DNA from: a virus
Taxonomy: Duplodnaviria; Caudoviricetes
IMG/VR virus record: IMGVR_UViG_3300025389_000021
Coordinates: 1-64,000 of that record
DNA: 64,000 nucleotides
Strand: one strand, 5' to 3'
A program made the translations under genes and the position numbers. The notes beneath the pieces were generated by a model that saw only the letters and a list, made by a program, of their open reading frames with translations, did not search any database and was not told where the DNA came from. Positions 44,001 through 56,000 of this stretch are shown here, piece after piece; position 1 is the first letter of the stretch, and every line of letters begins with the position of its first letter.

Positions 44001-47000
44001 TGGACTTGTAAAATCTTTTGGAATTGATTGGTCTCGTCTAAAAACTATGTTAATACCATCTGCAATATTTAGATATAAAATTTGATCAAGTGTCAGTTGA
44101 GTGGCTGAATCTATACTTTTTACTTTAACTGTAATTCCAAATGCCGTTAGATAGTTTGTGTTTGTTGTATAAACTGAATCGCCTACTTGTATCAACGAAG
44201 TGTTATTAACTGTTAATATACTACTTCCGGCAGCGTTGGTAACAAACGCAATAACATCACCGGCAACTGGAATAATGTCAGGAGCACGATTGAGAATAAT
44301 TGTAGTTGCATCTATTATTTTAGATATTGTTTGTGTATTAAATGCTGTGCCTACAAGTCCAAGTCCAACAGTTAATCCAGAAGTAGATCCAAGCGTTAGA
44401 ACCGTTCCTAATACAAAGAAAGAGTAGGATTGGCCAACTGCGGCTACAGTAAGATTATTACTTAGAATAATTTGAGTTCCGGTAACTGATACAACTGTAG
44501 TGTTATAAGGAACACCAATACCTGATACAAATTGTCCGGCAAAAATATTAGAAGGAAAATCAACTATTATAGTAGACTGTCCGGAAGCTCCGCCTACACC
44601 CGTTGCTACAGCTACAGTTGTGGTGCTTATAGGATAATTAGTACCATTAGCATTTGCAGAATATTTTGTTTGAACTGTTGAACTTTGTGCAGATGCATTG
44701 TTTGCCAAGAAAACTGTTGGATATAAAAAGAAATTAAACGGAAATATTTTATTCACTCCGTCGCCGTATTCAACAATTTCTGTATACTGACCCCAGTAAA
44801 CGTTAATAGCAGTTCCGCTAGCCGGAACATATGGCAACGTCCATGTTGTTTTAATAGGATTTGAAGTCGTAGGAACTGCGGGTTCAGTAACTGTATAATC
44901 AGTAAAAGTTGGATCAAATGAATCCCACTTGTCTGTACCGTATGGTTGTTCACTCCATCCACCGCCAGCAGTAAATCCTAAATTGCCAACAATGGTTCCG
45001 CCGTAGTCAACACCTAACATTAGTTGATTATATTCTTTACCTACCATTCCGCTGATAGGATTATAATTAAAATTGATCCTGTCAATAGAATTTAATACAG
45101 ATGTATCTTTTACATAAGATAAGGTAGCAATTACATTTGCCGCAAGAGGTTTTACAAAAGTTATAATTCCCGAGTATTGTGTTTCACCATTTATTTTATT
45201 TTTAATTTGAGACAACGAATAATCTTCTGGTAGCAAAGGATAGCTTTGATTAGTATTTTTATTCAATACTGTTATCGAAGACTTGTTAGTACGCAAATCT
45301 GGTGGCCACGGTAACTCATACGATAACAAAGATCCAGATCCCGGTAATTCAATAGTTTCTTCAATTTTAGAAATATAAGGCTTGTAACTGATACGATCGA
45401 ATTTAATTCCAGTTAAGTTGGATCTAACAACACTATTGCCTAATATGGCCACTACTGTTGCAGGTGTTCCGGTCGTACTCAATCCTCCAACTATAGATAC
45501 TGTTGGAGCTTCTAAATATCCAGATCCCTTAGTAAGCAGTATAATTCTGTTAACAACGCCATTTGTAAAAAACGCCTGCGCAGATGCTCCACTGCCACTT
45601 GTACTTGTAAATATCACCTGGGGTTGTGTTACATATCCGCTACCACCTGAAACAATTTTCAAATCAATAACTTGGAATCCAACATTGTCTAACCAGAATT
45701 TCCAAGGGTACACTTGAACTTCTGGAGAATCTGAAGATATTTTTCCATCAACCACAAATGAATTAATAATACTTAATGAACTATTTTTAATATCAGCAGG
45801 TAAATCAAAGTCAGTGACTGCTGTAGAACTAACATCAGGAGTATTAGTATTTGTATATTGACTTATATACTCTCTAATTTTTGTTCTATAGGGCTTAACT
45901 TCAGCTATGTAGTCTTGGAAATTGCTAAGATTATCTACAGGATAATAAACAGGTTGTGTAAATCCGCCAACATTATGAGTGGCTCTGACAAAACTAGTTT
46001 TGAACGCCCAGTCAATATAAGGCTGTTCACTATGTGCATAACGTATACTTCTAAAAAATAAATCTAAATAATTTTTATATAGATCCCCAATTAGGATTTT
46101 ATCTTGTAAAGTACTAAGAATAATTCGCAATTCAGTACCGGCTTTGATATCGTATGCACCAGTATCATACGTATCTGCATCATAGCCAACTGCGGAGAAA
46201 CTTGTTTGATATACTGTAGAATTGAACTGAATTGTACCAGCTTGAATTCCAACGACTCGATAAGATTGTGTCCAATCTACAGAGTTAGAATTTGCATATT
46301 TTTCTAACAACATCCACTGTGTCGATGTTGCCATTGAAACTTTTACAATGTTACCAATCTGAGCATTTAAGAAATTCAAATCCACAAATAATTGAACAGA
46401 ATAATCTGCCGCAGTAAACTGATTGTATCCGCTGGCATACCAATCAACTTTAGTCCAGTACTGCGTTACATCATATGCTTGTGTTGCTGATCGACTCCAA
46501 CGTCCTACAATACTACCAGTCATATCTTTATAGGTAGGATCAAAAGAATAAATGCTCCAAGAATTACTAGCTTGACTATCACTGCGTACAAGTACAGAAT
46601 AGTCTCGAACAGTGGCAACTGTCGAATCATCATAGCCTATTCCGCCTGCTAGCACAGTTACAGATTGTATTCTTCCATTAGTATCAATATTAGCTCTTAC
46701 TAGAGCATCTTTACCTGAACCAGAAATAGTTATATAAGGCGGTTGAATATAACCACGCCCTGTTGAAATAATAGTAATACCAGTAATTCTACCATTAACT
46801 ATGATAGGAGCCAACTCGGGTCTTATAAACAAATTGATCGAGTATGACAAATCTGCATCTGTATCTACTATTTTGTCATACGACCCAGATATAATGTTTG
46901 GCGGTGGATCTACTTTATACAAATCTTCAATATTATAATTATCGACGATTTGATTTTTTAATAAAATCAAATTTACTGCTTCTATAAATTGTTTCAATGC

Positions 47001-50000
47001 TTCAACACGATTTACAAACATACCTTGGCGTGGTCTATTTTCAACACCGTATTTTAATTTCGGAGGTAACAGTACATCAGGAACTGCTCGTCCTGTTACA
47101 TCGACTCCGCATAGACTGTCGATCCATTTTTCTTTAATTGTTTTTGGCAGTTGTACAATAGTATCTGCACTGATTAGTTTCCATTGACTATGGATATTTT
47201 GATGTATTTTATCTGTAGTCCAATATTCTACTGCTAGTACAGTATCTGTTGATTTTAGATAACCGTACACATTTACAAGACTGAAAGAATCTGTGCCCAT
47301 CAACGCTAGATAGGTATAACCTTGCCCCCTTGGATTAGAAATTAAACTTGAAACATCTTGAGCAGAAATGTGTCGTCCTGGAACATCTGGAACTGTGGTT
47401 TTATTTTTAACCCAATAGTAATAGGTATTCTTAAATGTTTTAGTTACACTATTATATGTTTTAGTTACAGAATATGCACTATCGCCGTATAGCGTTGTTC
47501 CAGTTATACCTTGTGATTGTCCAGCAGGTGTAGATGATTGTGCATCCCACTGACTTGGTAATAAAGGTGTAGTAACCCATTCGTAAATATCCACACTCGC
47601 GCCAGTGGCCAATGTATTCCAAGTGTTATTTCTATATATTGGATTTGGAAAATATGGAACTACAAATTTTGTTGTAGACAGATTCCACCATAGTTGTCCC
47701 TGTTGTTCTGTAGACCAGAATCCGCTAGAATTAACTGTTACGGATGCAGATCCATTACTGTATGAATATGTTGCTGGATCGTAAAATGTTTTATATTTTA
47801 ATTCTTCCTCAGCAGGTCCAGCAATTTTTCCCTGTAAAGGATCAATTATATCAATATAAGTTAATAATTTATTTGTTGATCTGCTATACAAAAATGCTTT
47901 CTTAATTTTTGATACATCGGCTATAGGCACAGGTGTTTTATCTATAGTCCACGATACTGCATTTGGATCTTTTGAATAAATTGTTAATAGTCCCTGAGCT
48001 CCTGCTGTACCAACTGTTAATAGTGGTGCCCCAACAAATATATTATTTGCGCCCACTGACAATCCTTGGCCATAGCCGCTAGTAAAATCAAATGTGTGAG
48101 GTAAACTTTCACTGTAAACCCAATTTACATTATATCTATCATACACATCGACCCGTCCGCTGGCAATCTGTGTGGTAATAAAATTGGTAGATTTTTTATC
48201 AAAAGTAGTTGCTACAGAAGTTTTATCAAAAGTAGTTGTTGTTGTACTAGATCCATAACGACTATAAACTGCTAGTGTCTTGTAGTCATTCATGAAGGAG
48301 ATCGAAGTACCAAATTCTCCATTTGTTTCAGGAGTGTGCGGTACTAGGTTTGAAACTAATTGATACGTGTTGTTTGATGACAGTTGATAAACACCAACAC
48401 TGCCTCGTTGATTTATATTAGAAACTCCAGTGGTGTTATCGCTTACAGCAATATATGTTCCATCATCTGATACTGTAATTCCTTGACCGAATGTTGGTAA
48501 AAATCCTGTCAAGGTCTGTATTAAGACTCCTGCTTGATACACATAAACTTTTCCTACAGAACCGCCTATTGCTGACACTGCTAATGTGCTACCATCTCGA
48601 CTCAATGCTAACTGAGATCCAAAATAACTATTAACTGTATCGCCAGCAAATGATCGAGTATATGACCATCCAACTGATGAGAATGTTAAACTTCCATTTG
48701 GAGTTAAATCAGGTGCAGATGATAAAATTACAGCTTTACTACTCTGAACGTATGTAGAACTTATATTAAAGGTTAAAGTAGGATCTCCGTTAGGAAAACT
48801 TGTACTACCAAATGTTACTCGAGTAATTGGTAAGGTCGATGAATTAGTTACAAGATCTTTTTGACCTTTTATTTCAACAAAATTGTAATTTATAATTTTA
48901 TAAAAAGCATACGTTCCAGTACCTGTTGCTATAAAATTTTGTATAGCCCTAGATGCACCTTGCGAATCTACTACAGTAATTTGTGTTTTGGCGGGCGCAC
49001 CGACACTTGATATTGCGCCAACATAACTGCTTGGCGGTAATCCATAACCAACAATGAGATATCCAACAGCTATGTCAGATACAGTTGTTGTTAAAATAAA
49101 TGTATTTGTGCCAGTAACGCCACCGCTAGACAACGTATGTGTAGTGACCAACTGGTTAATTGACGTCAATCCTGTTGACGATACTGTTAAGTTTGGAATA
49201 CTGTAAGCATATGAACTATTATATAGAGAAACAGTAGCGCCTGATAGGATACTAGAAACATTTATTTGTGTTGAACTAGTATTATAAACAGTATTAATTA
49301 CTTCTTTCCCAGTTGTGTCTATAGCTGGTGAAAACAATAATCTTGTAAGAACATATTCAACTACTTGATCGGAATTAAAAGCAGAATTTCCAAAGATATC
49401 ATTACCAGAAATTATCATTCCAGCAGATATTCCAGCAGTAGATTGTAATTTTAATACAGTGCCTGTACTATTAACTTCGTCGTAAATTGACGTTACTTGC
49501 GGGGTAGTTGTATACGAAAATTGATAAACTCTTCCAGTGTTATTGTTATAGGCAGGAGCACTTACATACATATTGCTTGAATCAAATACAATAGCAGATC
49601 CAAATTTTTCATTTGAAATAACTGGACTTAGAATAGAATCAACTATCTGATAGATATTGTTTGCATCTTTTTGATACAGCGTTATCATACCATTTGCTGT
49701 TACTCCAGTATTGTAAGTGGATGTATCAGATATAGGTGTGTAAAAAATTTGATTCCAGAAAACACTGTTTTGATTTGGTGTATTTCCGGCAGGCACTGGG
49801 AACAATGCTTGATAAAGTATACTGTTGTAAGACACGATAGTGTTAACAGCATATACAGTTGCAGGAGAATATACTCCAATATAGTATGTGCTAGAAGAAC
49901 CCGATGTAGGACTTCCAGTAGCCAACCATGTTCCATCAGGACTAACTGCCGCGGTACTAATTACGGTTGCTGATGCTGGTGAACCTACACTGTTGAATGG

Positions 50001-53000
50001 CGGTTGTATTAACTGTCGCTGTGTCCAAGGAACTGCTGTTGACACTTTGTCATAAGTGGCAATTTGCGATGTTCCAACAGACACCGCGGCTGTATTTCCG
50101 TTTTTACTTACAGCAATAAACTGAGCAAAATTTATTCCGGCACCAACTACAGGTGAATTTTTCGTAGTAGATTGATAAACTTTTTTATATTTCCAAGTTG
50201 CCCAACCGCTATTGATATCAGAACTAGCATAATCAGTCCATACAATATTGCCATCTTCTAATCTAGCAGGAAGAATATTATCTATAGTATCAATATACCC
50301 AGTACGTTGAGATAACAATGTATAGACTGTTAAATTATCTAAATCAGTAAAAGGCGAAGGTACCGATAATCCAGGGGCTATAATATTAATGTTGTTTAAT
50401 GTAATACTGTCAATTTTATAAAAGCCCTGAATAGATTCAGACTGTCCTATGCCTATATAAGTCCCAACCTTCAATGATGTCTCATATTGTGTTGTTAGTG
50501 TAAGAGTATGCGTGGTTTTGTTGTAAGTTACATTTGTTACATTCAAATTTATATCTGTAAATCTATAAACGTTCCAACTATTTGCACCATCAAATGCACA
50601 CCAGAAATATGCACCTTCATTTATTTGTGAAATATCTAAAACCACTGTTCCAGTTCCAGTTCCAGTTCCAGTAGCAACAAATGTAGTGCCAACTGTACTA
50701 GCACTAGCACCTATTTGTGTAAAATCGGTTGTACCAACTGTTGAAATTTTATAACTTAATCCAACAACAATTGAAGATGCCGACTGCCCTGTTAGATCTT
50801 TTAACTGGCCAATAGATACAAATACATCTGTATTATCAACGTAACCTGCACTTCTTAAAAACTGATTAATAGCAACTGGACCGTTTTCAGAATCTACTGT
50901 TGTCTTTAATTCTAAGAAAGGTCTTGAATTATATCCGTGAGGCTTGACGTAAATGTCATTAGGAGTAAGTTGAATAATAAATGGATTTATTGTAGGATCA
51001 ACTCGTTTTATCAGTACTGTTCCTTGAGGATTATTAATATTGTATTTTGCCTGATCTAATACAAATTCAATATCCTCAAATGCTTTACTAGCACCGTATT
51101 GCGATACTCGAATAGCCCACTCTTCATAAAAAGTTAGACTTTCTTTATTTTCAGAATTTAAGACACCAAACAATTTATTAAGAACATTCTGAGTACCTTT
51201 GTCTCGGATCATGCCTTGATAAAATTTGAATTCACTAACATCGTCTTGAATAATATTATTCAAGTATTGACGTTTTTGATATCCTATTAAGTGCTGAGCC
51301 ATTTGTTGTTGAGGAGCATCGAAACTATCAACTTCTAGGCTATAAAAATCTGTAAACTGTGTAGCAATATTAGTCCAGTTAGGAATAATAGCCGGTGTTG
51401 GTTTTTTATCTAATTTTTTCCAATTTGAAGAATTGAAAACAGCGGATCCAGCTATGAACGCATTTGCAGAATAATAATAACTGTGATGGTTTACAATATC
51501 CCCAATATTATAATCTTGCCAAGGTTGCCATTCTTTTACAACAGCACTATCAAAAATAAATCCTGGGATATCAAGACCACCATACCAATCGGTTGTGGTG
51601 TAGCCTGATATTTTTAATCTTTCTTGTCTGTAACCAGTTGTTGGACTATAAATGACATCATTAAAAATTGTTTTATTATCTATAACAATTACGTGTTCAT
51701 TTTGTACTAGATAAAAACTTGCACCATAGATGCCGTCACTGTTTCTTGGAGTATAACTTACAGTATTTTCTTGTCTATAACTATCAAGATTTTGTACATC
51801 AAACGGTGTTCCATTAACTTTAACAATCTCGTATGAATTAAAACCGTTAGTAATACTGTCCACTACAGATAATACTGTATTAAAATTAATAGTATTTGCA
51901 CTAGGGCTTAAACTAATTACACTTGCGCCTTCTACGTTGAGGCCCGATAATAAATTCCATTTTGTGAATTCAAATTCGTTAGTTAATGGGATATTTTGTA
52001 AAGCACTATAATAATCACCGTCATATCGAACAATAGTTGCGTATTTGTAAGATTTATTTGGTTCCCAGTCTTCCCACTTGTCGTGTCCTGTACTCCAGTT
52101 TTGTGTAGTCCAGAACATAAATTCTCTTGCACTTGTTTCCCAGTTAGACACAGTGCCTAAGTTGTTATTAAAATTATCAAATACAAATCCCTGATCTTTT
52201 AACCACTCACCGTAGCCTAACAAAAAGTCTACTACTTGTTGCACGGTGGCAAATAATGTACCATAAGGAGCAACTGTAGTTGTTTCTTTATCCCATGAAT
52301 TGCGCAAAGTTGCTGTAGCTCCTCCAGTCATAGGCAATGAAGGTAATGATGCTAGTACTTGAGAATTAAATGTACTTAATGCTGTGAAATTAGCTAATGC
52401 TCTGTAGTACTTTCCATTGTATAATATTACGGTACCTGCAATGTATTGTTGACCAACAGTCCACTCTGCATAACTTTCGCTGATTCCGCCTACATTTATG
52501 GTGGCTCCTGAACCATTATATTGATAATAATTAAAGTAAGGTTGTGTTAAACTATATCCTTTAATTTCAAAACCAGTAGATAGTTTGGTAATAATAACTC
52601 CACTATAAACTAATTTTTTTACAGTTGATGATTTATTAAGAAAAACTTTATAATTTTCTACTGGTATAAACACGTTACCAGTACTACTAGGAGTTTTAGA
52701 TTCTAATAATATATTAAATTGAGCCTGATTTGTAAATGCTCCTACACGATATCCAAGTCGAGGAGTCATGTTTTGCAAATCAAACAAATAGCTATTATAC
52801 CCTGCTATGTCATTACTAAAAATATAATTAAAAATTAAATCTACAACATAGTTAACGAGGCCGGCTGTTTGTACACGAGTAATACTAGAATAAATTGATG
52901 GTAAAATAATATCTGCTGGTTTGATACGTAATCCAGTTGGCTTATAAATCAATTGATTGGCTAGATTTCGAATAATATTATGTCTGTCTAATATCAATCC

Positions 53001-56000
53001 AAAAGTTTTTGCAGGATTAAGTAATATTGCAGTTGAAATTACACTAAAAGGATAATAACTACTACGGGTCCAAGCATTTTCTACAGGACTCACGTCTCCA
53101 AACACAAAATTATTATCAATGTTTGGTTGCACAAGGCCCGATGCTAAACCGGAAGCCTGTGGACTAATTAAGTTTCCAGAGCTATCTACTGGTATGTGTT
53201 TGATTAAAAATGGTTTTACATATTTTGCATTTACAGTTGCTGGAACTCCCGGTGCTTTTATTACGCCGTTTGCAATATCAGTCCACATAGGAATGTTATC
53301 GCTAGTATAAGGAGCGTCTCCATATAACTTTGTCCACCAAGTCGGTCTTACTGAAAATCCTAGCATTTCCCAAGGGCACAAATGAGGTCTATCTGTGTCC
53401 AACAACCATTTATACACACCTCTCCAGTAGCCTGGTAAAGAAGTACCGTTGGGAGCAGAGTTTAGCGAGTAATTATAAGTAAAACTATTTGTTCTATCGT
53501 AATTCAATGGAGTTGATAAATCCTTACCGACTAACCCAATCCAACTATAAAAATTAGTAGATAACACACTATCAAATTCTTTTTTAGAATAAGGTGTATC
53601 TCTATTGTAACTAGGAATAATATCTGTAAGATCAAAGATTGTTGGATCGTATTCAACTTTAATGTTATTAAAAATTCTTTTTTCTAATTCTAATAGTATA
53701 TCATCTCGGTAGTCATTGTAAGCCAAGACAATACTGCCATCATGACCTTGTATTACATTTTGTGGAGAAATCAGTGTTGTATCAAGATATTTTCTTGGTT
53801 CAAACTTTGGCCATAACCCTAATTTAGTTGGAGTGGCTGGAACAAAACTACCGTCTGTACTATCATATTCTATAGTTGTAATAATATCACCGTTACTTAA
53901 TGACACGCTCGATGATATTTCAATGAAGCCTTGGTCATCAAATATATATTGAGTTCCATATAATAATTGTGAATTGTTTAGATATACCCCAACTGCTTTA
54001 TTTGAAAGCGTTGTTAAATTAAATGTGTTGTTTAACGGATATTTTTTAATTCTATAATCAACTACAGACAGGTCAGTTTTAACATTGGCGCCGTACGGAA
54101 CCATATCGCTGAAATAGTAAGGAGCCACTTTAGGTTTGTTAGAATTAATTTTTGTCATTATTAATTCTACAAATTGTACAGGATCAGTATGTACACCTAA
54201 AGAACTGGCAGTGTTTATAAAAAGTCTTTTGAAATCACTATAATCAGTTTTGGCTTGTGTCAACGCTTTGACAACATTGTTTGATTCTGTTGTAATATGA
54301 TATACTGCAAGACTTAAAGGACCACTGTGTTGAACAAACTTTGTACCGTATTGTGTTATGTTTCCTAAATCGCGAAGATTGCTTGCTCCTGGAAAATTTC
54401 CAGAAAATGATGCTGTATTATCAACAATACTGTTGACATGGTCAATTACTTCACCTAGTGTAAAATTACCAATATCATCATTCAACGGATTGTTTTGTAG
54501 ATTTAACGGAATTTCATAAAATCCGTTTGAATTTATTGGTTGATCTGAAAAAGCTCTAATTGTTAGTATGTCAGTTGGTGCTAGATCTTTGTTTAATACT
54601 ACCTGATAGTATGTGTTTTTAGCAACTATTGACCATAAAGATTTATCAAGTCTCTGTCCGTTTACATAAATTTTAACTTCGAGATCTGTTAAATTGTTTA
54701 TATTGTCATAGATATCAACTGGAAAATTATTTACTAATCCAGAATTATCATAGATTCTAATTGCGGCTTGTAGATTTTTAGTCTTGCACAATTGCCAGCC
54801 GTTCAAATAGATAGTATTGTTAGAATAATCTAAACTGGATAAAAATCCTACATCGATGGCTTTAGATTCTAGTGAATTAGTGTTTAGATTTTTATATTGA
54901 AAAGTATCTATTGCTAGGTTAAAATTAAAAACAATATCACCTATATTACTTACATTTTGATATTGTAAAGGAAATCCTAGAACTAAATCGTTAGTACCCG
55001 AACCAGTAGCATAACTGAACAACGCAGTTCCCTTAAATGTTGATCCAGAATAAACAGATGAGTCGCCGTAACTAAATCCGTTAGAATCGTAAATATCAAA
55101 TAGTGGCGGCTGATTAGCTGACGTTTTTTGTTGTGCTTTTGTCCAGTTGGTACCATTGTACCAGTACATGCTTCCTTGATTAGTAATGCCTTGACGTGCT
55201 AACACCACTCGATCTTTCATTGGAGATGCTACTTCTACTAGATGCAATTGATTGCTTCCGGTATCTAAATGTAACACATCAATGTATTCTACTTGAAAAA
55301 TTTTACCAGCAACTAGTGGATCAGTGTCTGCTGTAAATAATATCAGCATACCTGCTTGTACTGTAACTCCGTCGATGTTATATCCAGCGGCACCTTCTAT
55401 AGTTGCAAACGCTGTTGTAGTGAAGCTGTCAACTAAATCAACATCCACAGTTGCAACTGTGCCAAAATTGAAAAGTCGTAGATCTGCTGAAAACTCTATG
55501 ATAGGTCTTTTTGCTCTAAGTGTTTGATCTAACGACGGATTATTGCCATTATACATAGCACTTGTAGAAATTACATCTTTATGAAACCATCGATTATAAC
55601 GACTCCACGGATTGTGATCCTTACTGGCTCGATTAACTAATATATAATCTAAATTGCCTGCGTATCCTCTAGCAGTATCAAATGGTTCTTGATCAAACGG
55701 TGTTTGATCAAATTCTACATTAATAGATGTTGTATAAGCTCCAATAATTTCTAAAGTATTAGAATCGATTAGTTTAATAGCAGTGCCTACGCCCTCTACA
55801 TAGTATTCACCCGTAGCATAACTTGTTGGATATACTTGTCCTTTGAAATTTAATTTCATTCCATTGCTCAACGGAGTTCCGTTAGACAACGTATAATTAA
55901 CTTTTCCTAGTATTTCAGATTCAACATTGATAGATGTAGCATCTGATGCGGCATATATTTGTATGGTTCCGCCAAGATTAATATCAGTTTCACTTTGATA